From Desulfobacterales bacterium (GTDB lineage: Bacteria; Desulfobacterota; Desulfobacteria; Desulfobacterales; Desulfobacteraceae): a DNA stretch of 64,000 nt. The number at the start of each line of letters is the position of its first letter. The stretch's first letter is position 1. The notes beneath the pieces are model-generated. The model saw nothing but the letters and a program-made list of their open reading frames with translations. It did not search any database and had not been told where the DNA came from. Of the stretch, positions 18,589-28,396 are shown one piece after another. The translations under genes and the position numbers were made by a program. Location of the stretch: contig JAKSAX010000149.1 of assembly GCA_022361395.1 (NCBI GenBank), forward strand, positions 8,596-72,595, given 5' to 3'.

Positions 18589-20589
18589 TTATCCCCGGTT
18601 CTCCTCGGTTGACGGATCCGGATCATCCGCCATGGAAACGGTGCCGGTGTCGGTATCCGGGGAATACCAGATAGGGGAGGACCAGGCCCTTTCCTTTACC
18701 GTGGGGGGAAGATCCTCCCTAGGCTTCTGCCCGAGCCGGATGGCATCATAGGTTGACCAGCGGCAGGTGGGGTTTTCCAGAACGCGCACATAGTAAAAGG
18801 CCGCGTGATCCGGGTTAAAATCCTTATCCTCCCATATCGTCTTGATTTCAGCATTCCCGGCGTCCGCAGGGATGCGGCAGGTGTCCAGATCCACGAATGC
18901 GCCGTTATCCGGGCAGCGGCCGGTGGACGGATCCGGGCGCAAGCCGTTGGAACAGGCAATATCAACCACCTTCTCGCGGCGTTTTCCCTTCTCAACCCAT
19001 CCCTTTACCATCTGCACCCGCTGCAGGTTGGCGGCATCCGGGTCTTTGGCCGCCCATACGATGAATTTAGGGGTGGCTGCCATGTTTTCCCTGTTCAACA
19101 CGCTTCCCATGGGAACCCCTTTTTCATATGACCGTGAAACCATATCCGGACTGTTCAGGATCTCATTATCCAGGTCCCAGCCCCCAAAGAACCGCAACCG
19201 GATCCGGGTGCCGCTGGTGGCGTAGGCCTCCCTCTTTTCCATGCTGTCGAACAGGGCGTCCCTGGTGTTTTCAACAGCCCAGACCGCTGCCAGGCCCCCG
19301 GGGTTTCTGCCGGCGGTTTTCCGCGGGCTCAACTTGCCTGACAACCGTTTTTCAGCCGGGGAGGCATATACGCCGTTCTGTCCGCGCCAGTCGAACTCCT
19401 CGGTATCTCCGGCATTGGCATTATGGGTATCCGTGCTCCCCACAAAACCGAACCGCAGGGGATTAAAGCCAAGCTCACCCTCCAGTTCCAGTCCCTTCTT
19501 CAATCCCTCCCGTGCAAAGGAGTCGGGAGTCACGCAATCCACGGTGTCCCCGTCTCCGCACACCGGCCAGAACTGCTCAAACCCGCACTCCTCATCCACG
19601 GATCCTGCACCGACGCCGCATTCCGAATTTCCCTTGATCTGAAAAATTTCTGCCAGGGGTTCCGAGCGCCCCCGAAGGGCCCAGTCTTCTTTGGTATAGG
19701 CATCCCCGTCAATGGTTTTCCCGCTGTAAGCCACCCCCCATGAAAAGTTCATGTTATGGGGAATGGTAAGGAATTCGCAGCCCCCGGTACAATGGGTTTC
19801 AAGGGCCTGCCACAGCTCTGTCACCGTGGGGGCCTCATACAGGGAAAAGGCGGCATCCGGTGCAATACTGTTACGGAAGATCACATTCCGGTGCACCATC
19901 CCGTTTTTTTTGAGCATGGGAGAATATTCATAGGCCTGGAATGCGGTAAACAGACCGGGCTGATTGTATTTATCCGCCATCTGCCGGACCTTTGCCCAGG
20001 TTGTTTTTCCGTGTTCAAAGCAGAACTCATTGTCCTGGCACAACCCCTGAACCCGTTTTGGCGGACGGGCGATGCCACTGCTCTTGAGTTCCACAAAAAA
20101 CGGCAGGGACGGCGTTTCAAATTTCCGGCAGAATTCCTTTTGCTCCTCATTAAGGGAAGGGTCATCGCAGGCCTCGAAAATGCCGAAACTCTCAGCATGA
20201 TCCGTCACCGCGATAAAATCCAGGGGTCGGTAAAGTTGCATGGTTTCCCCGGTTTTAAGCCGGAGCGGCTCCCCCTTTGCAAACCGGTAGGCTTCTTCAA
20301 GGCCCAGGCGGTTTCCGAAAAGATAGCTGTCAAAGGATAGCGAGGTATGCACATGTGTGTCGCCGAAGTAGACATTTTTCAGGGGGTTTGGCGGCTGAAC
20401 ATCAAGCTTCCGGACAGGTGGCCTCTTTATGGCATCCTCATTCTGGGCTGCCACGGCCTCATTCATTTTCTTAAGGGTTTCAGGTGTCAGCCTGATGACC
20501 TTTGAACTCATCTGATAATAGACAAAGCCGCCGGCGCCTGCCCCGATCCCAAGGATGATCGCCACTGCCCATCCGATCCACTTTTTCAT
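18589..20589 (-). CDS. DUF3604 family protein (PHP-like metallohydrolase), membrane-anchored
   Basis: YFGDTHVHTSLSFD, AVTDHAE, IPHNMN, GSTDTHN, YATSGTRI, YYVRVLENPTCRWS, ERAWSSPIWY. Confidence 0.9.
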   Translation of the reverse strand: MKKWIGWAVAIILGIGAGAGGFVYYQMSSKVIRLTPETLKKMNEAVAAQNEDAIKRPPVRKLDVQPPNPLKNVYFGDTHVHTSLSFDSYLFGNRLGLEEAYRFAKGEPLRLKTGETMQLYRPLDFIAVTDHAESFGIFEACDDPSLNEEQKEFCRKFETPSLPFFVELKSSGIARPPKRVQGLCQDNEFCFEHGKTTWAKVRQMADKYNQPGLFTAFQAYEYSPMLKKNGMVHRNVIFRNSIAPDAAFSLYEAPTVTELWQALETHCTGGCEFLTIPHNMNFSWGVAYSGKTIDGDAYTKEDWALRGRSEPLAEIFQIKGNSECGVGAGSVDEECGFEQFWPVCGDGDTVDCVTPDSFAREGLKKGLELEGELGFNPLRFGFVGSTDTHNANAGDTEEFDWRGQNGVYASPAEKRLSGKLSPRKTAGRNPGGLAAVWAVENTRDALFDSMEKREAYATSGTRIRLRFFGGWDLDNEILNSPDMVSRSYEKGVPMGSVLNRENMAATPKFIVWAAKDPDAANLQRVQMVKGWVEKGKRREKVVDIACSNGLRPDPSTGRCPDNGAFVDLDTCRIPADAGNAEIKTIWEDKDFNPDHAAFYYVRVLENPTCRWSTYDAIRLGQKPREDLPPTVKERAWSSPIWYSPDTDTGTVSMADDPDPSTEENRG

Positions 20590-20606
20590 TACATTTCTCC
20601 TTTCAA

Positions 20607-21581
20607 TTAAATAAAGGCGGTTACCCGTGTGATTACCCAGAATACACCTGCCATTCCCACCAGATTTGCCGTGTATCTTTCAACAACGGGACGGCTGCCG
20701 GCCCGGATGCGCTCCAGGCCTCCCAGAATGGCCAGCACGGACAGAACAAAGATGAGCTGGCCGATTTCAACCCCCAGGTTAAAAAACAACAGAGCAGGCA
20801 ATACCCCGCTCTCCGGAAGGCCGATTCCCTGCAGCGCACCGGCAAACCCCAGTCCGTGGAGCAGACCGAATACAAAGGTCATCTTCCACACCCCGGATAT
20901 CGGCCCGGGGGAGTTGCGGAGTGCCTCTGCCGCAAGCAGAACGATGGAAAGGGCAATCATGGCCTCCACCGGAGCCGCCGGCACTGAAATAATCCCCAGG
21001 GAAACCAGGAAAAGCGTGATGCTGTGGGAGAGTGTAAAGGCGGTGATGGTTTTCAGCAGGGGGACAAAACGCCTGACAAAAAGAAGGAGGCACATCACAA
21101 AGGCCAGATGATCAGCTCCTTCCAGGATATGCGTGATCCCCATGGGCAGGAACATGCGGGCCCGGGTATCCTTTTGAGGCGTTCCGATCACTGTCCGGGT
21201 CTGATCGGGTGTCAGCAGCAGTTGCTCCTCCCTGCCGTCCTTCCAGCTTATCCGGATAATGACGTCGATGAGCGTCCCGGACAATCCCTTTACCGAAATT
21301 TCCCGGCCGTCAAGGCCTTCCGGAGAACAGGCCATTGTCCGGCTGCGGATATACGCGCCATCCCTGACCTCGGTAAAGGTCCCGGATTTCTGTTCACACC
21401 CTTCCGGCAGCACCAGCTCAATCCGGGGCGCATACCCGCCGGTCACAGGTGTTTTCCAGAGCACGGAAAACTGGTTGTCCGCCGTCTCTTCCAGCATGAG
21501 GTACGCGGGCCGGACTTCATGGGCATTAACAGGCAGGGCAACCCACAGGGCGCAGAGTAAGATAAAAAACAAAGATTTCAA
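20607..21581 (-). CDS. HupE/UreJ family membrane protein
   Basis: Signal peptide plus AHEVRP, GITHILEGADHL, ITAFTLSHSITL, FGLLHGLGFA, FNLGVEIGQ. Confidence 0.92.
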   Translation of the reverse strand: MKSLFFILLCALWVALPVNAHEVRPAYLMLEETADNQFSVLWKTPVTGGYAPRIELVLPEGCEQKSGTFTEVRDGAYIRSRTMACSPEGLDGREISVKGLSGTLIDVIIRISWKDGREEQLLLTPDQTRTVIGTPQKDTRARMFLPMGITHILEGADHLAFVMCLLLFVRRFVPLLKTITAFTLSHSITLFLVSLGIISVPAAPVEAMIALSIVLLAAEALRNSPGPISGVWKMTFVFGLLHGLGFAGALQGIGLPESGVLPALLFFNLGVEIGQLIFVLSVLAILGGLERIRAGSRPVVERYTANLVGMAGVFWVITRVTAFI

Positions 21582-22459
21582 TTTCCCCTCCCCGCGATTT
21601 CCGCCTTGCCGGACAGGTATGACGGTGTTTCAACCACATATTTTCCCCGCAGTTTTTCAAGCTGTTCCCTGGCTGCCCCCTGCCGTTTTTCCCTGCGCCA
21701 GTCATTTAAAACCCTGGGCTTTGCCGCTTCAAAAGAAAGGGAACCGGAAGCGGTTCTCCGGCGAAGATATACCAGGTGCCAGCCGTAAGCCGATGCAACC
21801 GGAGGGCTCCACTCCCCTGATGTCAGGGTCCTGAGCCGGTCAAAAAACGGCTCTCCAAAGATGCCGTTGACTGCTGATTTATCCCGGGCTTCGATGCGAA
21901 CAGGCCCCGGAAAGGCGTCCCCGGCAGAAATCGCCCCGCTGCTCCCCCCTTTTGATCTCATCCTGGCGGCGGCTGCATCGCCGTAGGGATCCATCCGCCC
22001 GGCATTGCTGAAAAACAGGTGGTCAAAGCTGAGGCGTTCAGGGACAAGGTATTGGTTCAGGTGGGCCGCATAGTAGTCCTTTAGCGTAATTTCGTCCGGT
22101 TCAGGGACAATGACGGCATCATCAAGCATAAACCTGTACTTTTGGACCAGGCGCCGTTTAATCACCCGGTCATTCCTGCCCAGGCCCAGCCGCCGGGCTT
22201 CGCGGGAGAGCATCTCCTCTTCAACTTCGGCCTGTACCAGGCTCCGGAGTTCTTCTCCGGTGATGGTCCGCTTTTTCTCCTTTATCCATGCGCTTTTCAA
22301 CCGTTCAACCTGTCCCTGGCCCACCTGAATATAATAGGCCTGGTGCTGTTCACGGGTATCTGAAAGCCAGTAAACGGCAAAGATAAGGATACCTCCCGCA
22401 AAAAACCGGCAAAGCGGGGCTGCCCACAGACGCCTGAAATGAGAGAATATTTTTTCCAT
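21578..22459 (-). CDS. Parvulin/PpiC-type peptidyl-prolyl isomerase-like protein
   Basis: EEEMLSREARRLGLGRNDRVIKRRL and GEWSPPVASAYGWHLV. ATG 22459 abuts the sulfatase stop. Confidence 0.85.
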   Translation of the reverse strand: MEKIFSHFRRLWAAPLCRFFAGGILIFAVYWLSDTREQHQAYYIQVGQGQVERLKSAWIKEKKRTITGEELRSLVQAEVEEEMLSREARRLGLGRNDRVIKRRLVQKYRFMLDDAVIVPEPDEITLKDYYAAHLNQYLVPERLSFDHLFFSNAGRMDPYGDAAAARMRSKGGSSGAISAGDAFPGPVRIEARDKSAVNGIFGEPFFDRLRTLTSGEWSPPVASAYGWHLVYLRRRTASGSLSFEAAKPRVLNDWRREKRQGAAREQLEKLRGKYVVETPSYLSGKAEIAGRGN

Positions 22460-22461
22460 GA

Positions 22462-24015
22462 TTACAACCACCCCCTGGGATTGGCCCGGATCTCTTTTTC
22501 CCAGTCAGCCATTGTTCTGTCCAGGGTGGTGCTGATCTCAGGATACCGTTCTGAAACATCGTAGTTTTCCGCAGGGTCGTATTCCAGATCGTAAAGATTC
22601 GGCCAATCCGCAAAATTCCCCTTTGCAAAACTGCCCAATACCGTACTTTTCTTATCCACGGGCTGGGGCCATGTATAGTGGTTGACGTTCCTGAAATATT
22701 TCCACTTCGAGGAACGGATGCCTTCCAGTTCCTCATAATGGTAGAAAAACAATGCATGGTGGGGGGATGTGCTGTCCGTTCCCGAAAAAAGCCCGGTAAT
22801 ATTTTTTCCGTCTATGATACGGTCCCCGGGAAGTGAAACACCGGCCAGGGAGAGCAGGGTGGGAAACAGGTCAATATTCATGGTCGCCTCAGTGCAAGTC
22901 ATGTCCGGCATTACCCCCTTTGGCCAGTGGACAATAAACGGCACCCTGTAACCGCCCTCGTAGGTCTGCCCCTTTCTGCCCCTGAAGCCGCCGGCGCTGC
23001 CGTTATACCAGGGCCCGTTGTCGCTGGTGAAGATCACCAGGGTGTTGTCGCCGATTCCGTTTTTTTCCAGGGCATCCATTACCTGTCCCAGGCTCCAGTC
23101 GATCTCCTGGACCACATCGCCGAAGATCCCCACCTTTGATTTGTCCTTAAACGGCCCGGAAGCGTACAGGGGCTGGTGGGGGAAGGTATGGGCAAAGTAG
23201 AGAAAAAAGGGCTTATCCTTGGCTTTGTTGATAAAATCCACAGCCTCACTGGTATACATGCCGGTCAGCCGTTCCTGATTCAGGCCGATGTCGGCCTCCA
23301 CTTCCCTGGTATTCCTGTACAATGCACAGGGGAACATATCGTTGCTGTGCGGCACACCGAAGAATTCGTCAAAGCCGTGATTCACCGGGTTGTGCCGCGG
23401 ATCCCGGCTGAAGTCCCCCAGGTGCCATTTGCCTACCATCCCGGTCCTGTAGCCGGCCTGTTTCAATGCCTCAGGCAGGGTGATTTCATCCGCGGGCATG
23501 CCTTTGGAATAGCTGTCATCCTGAACATCCACTGCCCCCAGCCATCCGGTGAACCGCCCGACTTTTCTTAAAAGATACCTGAAGGGCGGTTCATTCTCTG
23601 CATTGACCACAAAGGTCAGACCGGTCCGGACCGGGTACCTGCCGGTCATCAACCCTGCCCTGGAGGGTGTGCAGACCGAACTGGCCGCATAAAAGTCGGT
23701 GAACCGGGTGCCCTCTTTGGCCAGCCGGTCCACATTGGGGGTCCGGATGGCCTTGTTTCCGTATGCACCCAGGTCTCCGTATCCGAGATCGTCGCAGTTG
23801 ACAATGACGATGTTGGGCCTGGGAACCCCGGAATCCGTGACCTGAAGCGATCTGCCCTCATCCGGAGCCCTGGTGCTGAAGTTGGCCGTATAGTCATTTT
23901 CAGGCGTGCCTGCCACCAGGAAGATCCCTGCTGAGATAATAACTGCCGCGATAATCCCCCCGGCCAGAAAAAACCGCTTAACCGCCCCGGGTGTTACCCT
24001 TTTGAATAGATCCAT
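22462..24015 (-). CDS. Cys-type (formylglycine-dependent) sulfatase, N-terminally anchored or exported
   Basis: NCDDLGYGD, CTPSRAGLMTGRY, GKWHLG, TSDNG, EGGYRVP. ATG 24015 follows AAAGGGGGA. Confidence 0.96.
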   Translation of the reverse strand: MDLFKRVTPGAVKRFFLAGGIIAAVIISAGIFLVAGTPENDYTANFSTRAPDEGRSLQVTDSGVPRPNIVIVNCDDLGYGDLGAYGNKAIRTPNVDRLAKEGTRFTDFYAASSVCTPSRAGLMTGRYPVRTGLTFVVNAENEPPFRYLLRKVGRFTGWLGAVDVQDDSYSKGMPADEITLPEALKQAGYRTGMVGKWHLGDFSRDPRHNPVNHGFDEFFGVPHSNDMFPCALYRNTREVEADIGLNQERLTGMYTSEAVDFINKAKDKPFFLYFAHTFPHQPLYASGPFKDKSKVGIFGDVVQEIDWSLGQVMDALEKNGIGDNTLVIFTSDNGPWYNGSAGGFRGRKGQTYEGGYRVPFIVHWPKGVMPDMTCTEATMNIDLFPTLLSLAGVSLPGDRIIDGKNITGLFSGTDSTSPHHALFFYHYEELEGIRSSKWKYFRNVNHYTWPQPVDKKSTVLGSFAKGNFADWPNLYDLEYDPAENYDVSERYPEISTTLDRTMADWEKEIRANPRGWL

Positions 24016-24099
24016 GGCTCCCCCTTTTGCTATTGGATTTGAAATCCCTCTTAAAATTCTTTTCACCTATTTATCCCGGTCTTTCAGGGGATAAAATGG

Positions 24100-24189
24100 G
24101 TTTTGGCCTCATTTTATTGTTCTGAAGCGATATCGATTACTTTCTGGACCATGATGTGTTTAAACATGGATTTGAGGCGAAAACACAAT
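24100..24189. promoter_or_regulatory. Outward-facing pair of motifs in the divergent sulfatase/GRE promoter region
   Basis: TGAGGCCAAAAC (minus, 24100-24111) and TGAGGCGAAAAC (plus, 24173-24184) match at 11 of 12 positions. Confidence 0.45.
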
Positions 24190-24273
24190 GCGGATCTGCC
24201 CGGTATCCTTTAATATTATCCGCAGGTTATTTTATCTCTTGCCTGCCAACCCTTATCCGCAAAGGAGGATATC

Positions 24274-27200
24274 ATGAAATCAACTTTAGCCATGCTGGTG
24301 ACAAGACCGGCACCTTCCCGGACAGGTTCCGTTAAAGAAAAATCAAAGATCGTGTCTGCAATGGACGGCGTAGTGATGAACTCGGTCTCCTTTGTACTTT
24401 TAAAGACCTTTACCTTCCTGTTTAACCGGAGGCCCTCTCTAAACAGGTACCTGAAAGGAATGGACGGCTGGATCAACTTCACCATCGGCTTCCGTACCGC
24501 ATCAGGAAATATCAAATATGCACTTCAGTTTGAAAACGGCAGGGTCTCCCTTCTCTCCTCCATCCCTGCATCATCCGGCACTGTTCTCTATTTCAAGGAT
24601 GAGGCAGCCCTGAGGGACATGCTGAAAGCCTCACCCTCCGAAACCCTGGTCATGATCATTGAAAACACCATCCGGGTGGAGGGGAACATGACCTATATGT
24701 CCCTGTTTTCCTTTTATATGGCGCTTCTGGTCGGGAAAAAGCATAAAAAGCTGATGGCGGCTGAGATCGCATCAGACCGGGAGAACGCCGCCCGGCTGGC
24801 CGGCCTGGTGACATCCGGTACAGACTGGGAGGCCCCGGCAAAGACCCGGATGTCTGCAGATCCTGTCCCGGAAGCCTGTTTTCTCAAGGATCCCTGTCTG
24901 TCTGCCTACACTCTGGCAGACTTTCCGCGCCTGAAGCAGTTTAAGGATATTTTTTTCAACACCCGGTTCCAGCTCTGCACGGAGAGGCCGGTGCTGCTGA
25001 CGGACTGGTACCGGGAACATGGGTTTGAACATGAAAAAAACGGTCAGCCCTGGAACCCGGTCAGACGCCAGGGCATGGCCTTTAAACACCTGATGGAAAA
25101 CAAGCAGCCCCTTATCCGCAAGGGGGATCTTTTAGGGGGGACCACCACCACAAAGGAAATCGGGGTGGTGATTTACCCTGATGCCCGGAATTCAGTGTTA
25201 TGGGGGGAGTTGAAATCCCTGGGAGACAGGATGCAGAACCCCTATGACCTGACGGAAGAGGAGATTGAGATCCTTCACAATAACGTGTTTCCCTTCTGGA
25301 TCAAACGGAATTTTACGGAATGGGTCAGGGACAAACACGACAACCCGGTTTACCAGCAGCTGGATGACCGCCTGGCCGTTTACTTTGCATGGAAAACCGT
25401 GGCCCTCTCCCATACGGTTGTCGATTTTCCCAAAATGCTTAAGCTGGGTATAAGGGGCATCATTCGGGAAATCGATACAAAGATCGGAAAAAACACCGAA
25501 CCTGGACGGCATGAACTGCTTCTTGCCATGAAATCATGCCTTCAGGGGATAGTCACTTATGCGGCAAACCTTTCCGCCCGGGCACAAAAAGAGGCTGAGG
25601 CTGAAACAGATCCCCGCCGGAAAAATGAACTGCAGCGGATTGCCGCCAATTGCGCCAGGGTGCCGGAACATCCGGCCAGGAGCCTTGACGAGGCCCTGCA
25701 GTCCATCTGGATCGGGTGGATAGCCGTGCATATGGAAAACACCAATGCCGGTTTTTCACTTGGACGGATGGACCAGTGGCTCCAGCCCTATTTTGAAAAT
25801 GATATAAAAGACCTGGAAACAGAGGCCGAAAAAACAGCCTATATCGAACAGGTCATTGAGTGGGTGGGATGTTTTTGCATGCGGTGCACCGACCATCTGC
25901 CTGCAGTACCGGATTTCGGAAACCAGCTGTTCGGGGGAAGTTCGTCAAACCAGGTCATTACCCTGGGCGGGGTCACCCCTGAAGGCGGGAACGCGGTAAA
26001 CGACATGACATATATTTTCCTGAAAGTGACGGAACTGTTAAAATTTAAAGATCCCAACATGAATGCCAGGTACACCCCCGGCGTCAACTCAGACACCTAC
26101 CTTAACCGGATCTGCGAAGTCAACCTGCTCACCGGCGCCACTCCGGCCATTCACAATGACCATGCCATGATCACCTCCCTTACCCCCCACGGGTACAGGA
26201 AAGAAGAGATGCGGGACTGGGTGGCCATCGGCTGCGTGGAGCCCACCATTCCGGGAAAGCATATCGGCCATACAAACTGCATGATGTTCAATATGGTGGC
26301 AGCCATGGAAATGGTGCTTTATAACGGGTACCATCCGTTGATGGACTGGAAGGCGGGCCCTGAAACCGGTGATATTGATGCCGGCGGCTTTCCCACATTT
26401 GAGGCTTTTTTCAACGGATTCACAGCCCAGCTTCAGTTCCTGATTGACAACTCAGTGGCATACAACAACGCCCTTGGAGAGGCCCATGCCGTATTGCGTC
26501 CCACCCCCTACCTGTCGGCCCTGATCCAGGGGTGCATGGACAAGGGCCTTGATGTCACGGAAGGAGGTGCTCTGTACAATACCTCGGGGGTGGCCTGTAT
26601 CGGCCTTGCCGACATCACCGATTCCCTGATGGTTGTAAAAAAACTGGTATATGATGAAAAGCGGATCAGTCTCCGGCAGCTTAAAGAGGCTGTGATGACA
26701 AATTTTGAAAATGATCCCGCGATCCTGGCGATGGTGAAGAAAAAGGCGCCAAAATTCGGTTCCGGTGATTCCGGGGCCGTGGAAATGGCCAACCGGGTAA
26801 CGGCATTTATCCACACGGCCTTTGCAGCTAAAAAAAATTACAGGGGAGGAATTTACACCACCGGATTCTGGTCCATGTCCAACCATGTGGCCTTTGGAAG
26901 GCTTTCCGGGGCGCTTCCGTCAGGGCGGCTGGCGGGCAAAGCCTTTACCCCCGGGCTGACCCCGTCTCCGGGGGCATCCCAAAACCTGCTGGACAACCTC
27001 AGGGATGTCTCTTTACTCAAACCGGAGAACCTGGATAACAATATCGCCTTTAACGTAAAATATGTTCCCGGCACCAGGGATTCCCATGAAAAAACCGTCT
27101 CCAATATCGCATTCTACGTCCGGACCTACATGGAATGCGGCGGCATGCAGATGCAGCTCAACGTTATCAGTGCCAAAACACTCAGGGATGCGGTCCTCAA

Positions 27201-27318
27201 CCCGGAAAACTACAGGGACCTCATGGTCCGGATCTCAGGGTACAACGCCTATTTCACTCAGCTGAACAGGGACATGCAGATCGAATTGATCGAAAGATCG
27301 GAGTTTGAGGGAAGGTAA
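24274..27318 (+). CDS. Glycyl radical enzyme of eliminase type with N-terminal SCP2-like domain; substrate unknown
   Basis: Cys loop AIGCVEP (26230-26244), Gly loop VRISGYNAYF (27229-27243), SLGRMDQW, QVITLGG. About 200 extra N-terminal residues end in ENTIRVEGNM (SCP2-like). Strong RBS AAAGGAGG. Confidence 0.95.
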   Translation: MKSTLAMLVTRPAPSRTGSVKEKSKIVSAMDGVVMNSVSFVLLKTFTFLFNRRPSLNRYLKGMDGWINFTIGFRTASGNIKYALQFENGRVSLLSSIPASSGTVLYFKDEAALRDMLKASPSETLVMIIENTIRVEGNMTYMSLFSFYMALLVGKKHKKLMAAEIASDRENAARLAGLVTSGTDWEAPAKTRMSADPVPEACFLKDPCLSAYTLADFPRLKQFKDIFFNTRFQLCTERPVLLTDWYREHGFEHEKNGQPWNPVRRQGMAFKHLMENKQPLIRKGDLLGGTTTTKEIGVVIYPDARNSVLWGELKSLGDRMQNPYDLTEEEIEILHNNVFPFWIKRNFTEWVRDKHDNPVYQQLDDRLAVYFAWKTVALSHTVVDFPKMLKLGIRGIIREIDTKIGKNTEPGRHELLLAMKSCLQGIVTYAANLSARAQKEAEAETDPRRKNELQRIAANCARVPEHPARSLDEALQSIWIGWIAVHMENTNAGFSLGRMDQWLQPYFENDIKDLETEAEKTAYIEQVIEWVGCFCMRCTDHLPAVPDFGNQLFGGSSSNQVITLGGVTPEGGNAVNDMTYIFLKVTELLKFKDPNMNARYTPGVNSDTYLNRICEVNLLTGATPAIHNDHAMITSLTPHGYRKEEMRDWVAIGCVEPTIPGKHIGHTNCMMFNMVAAMEMVLYNGYHPLMDWKAGPETGDIDAGGFPTFEAFFNGFTAQLQFLIDNSVAYNNALGEAHAVLRPTPYLSALIQGCMDKGLDVTEGGALYNTSGVACIGLADITDSLMVVKKLVYDEKRISLRQLKEAVMTNFENDPAILAMVKKKAPKFGSGDSGAVEMANRVTAFIHTAFAAKKNYRGGIYTTGFWSMSNHVAFGRLSGALPSGRLAGKAFTPGLTPSPGASQNLLDNLRDVSLLKPENLDNNIAFNVKYVPGTRDSHEKTVSNIAFYVRTYMECGGMQMQLNVISAKTLRDAVLNPENYRDLMVRISGYNAYFTQLNRDMQIELIERSEFEGR

Positions 27319-27367
27319 AGGTCTGATGGCAGCCTGATCCGGCTGGGCCGGTGACGGCTGCCCGGGG

Positions 27368-28396
27368 TCAGTCCGTAAACTGGCTGACATAGTCCCTGAT
27401 CGGCATGCCGAACCAGCGCCTGAACGCATGATGGAAGGAGCTGGGAGATGAAAACCCGATCAGGTAGGCAATCTGGGAGGAGTCCAGTCCCTGCCTGAGA
27501 TAATCCGTGGCAAGGTCTTTGCGGGTGGATTCCAGCACCCGGGTAAAACTTGTGCCCTGGGATTTGAGCCTGCGGCAGAGCCGGCCCTTGCTCATGTTCA
27601 TCTCACCGGCCACAGCTTCCAGCCGGGCATCCCCCCTGGCCAGGCAGGCTTTAAGATGAAAGACAAGGCTGTCCCCTGTGCCCTGAACCCCGGTGTTTAC
27701 CGCCCTGTTTTCAGCAATCTTCTGGATAACGGACTGAAGATAGGGGTCATGTGTGACACTCCTCCGTTCCATATCCTCTTTTTTCATGACAAGTTCCGTA
27801 TCACCCTGGCTGAACAGGACCGGTGAGTTAAATACGCTTTCATAGACATCAGCATACCCCGGGTCCGGGTGCTCAAACCTTACTGCCACCGGAGACACCG
27901 GGGTATTGGTCAAGCGGCGTGCAATATGGATGGCCATGGAAAAGTCATATTCCGAAAACCAGACGCAGCCGTGACGGGCAGACAGGTTAACAAACCGGAT
28001 GACCACCTCCCGGTTCTGTTCCAGGATATCGAACCTGACTGCCCCGTTTATCATATTGTTGTACGTTACCCAGTGGCGGGCCGCTTCCATCAGACTCCTG
28101 CTGTACATGGAGATCCTCACAAGGAAATGGGTTCTTTCACCGGGAAAATAACTCCTGAGGCGCAAAGCGATTGCCCTGTCCCCGGTAACCTCAACCGCCA
28201 GCTGCCACAGCCTGACAAATGCCCCCACGGAAAAGACGGCATCCGGAACCGGCAGGTTTGCCGGATCAATCCCGGTACGCCGGGCCAGGGCCTGCTCTGT
28301 GACCCCTTTTTCAAATAAAAGCTCACAGAGCATTCGAATTGTTTCCGCCGTGGTGGAAAATTCGTAATCAACGGCAGGGGGGGCATCTGTACTCAT
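27368..28396 (-). CDS. AraC family regulator (OruR/arabinose-binding_2-type N-terminus)
   Basis: QIAYLIGFSSPSSFHHAFRRWFG and VRFEHPDP..YESVFNSPVLF. Confidence 0.93.
   Translation of the reverse strand: MSTDAPPAVDYEFSTTAETIRMLCELLFEKGVTEQALARRTGIDPANLPVPDAVFSVGAFVRLWQLAVEVTGDRAIALRLRSYFPGERTHFLVRISMYSRSLMEAARHWVTYNNMINGAVRFDILEQNREVVIRFVNLSARHGCVWFSEYDFSMAIHIARRLTNTPVSPVAVRFEHPDPGYADVYESVFNSPVLFSQGDTELVMKKEDMERRSVTHDPYLQSVIQKIAENRAVNTGVQGTGDSLVFHLKACLARGDARLEAVAGEMNMSKGRLCRRLKSQGTSFTRVLESTRKDLATDYLRQGLDSSQIAYLIGFSSPSSFHHAFRRWFGMPIRDYVSQFTD

Noticed and set aside
24274-27318. Annotation as pyruvate formate-lyase, benzyl/alkylsuccinate synthase or choline TMA-lyase
   Set aside because: No adjacent CC pair, no CMSP loop or small bss/ass subunits, His in place of the CutC Asp, and no microcompartment genes.
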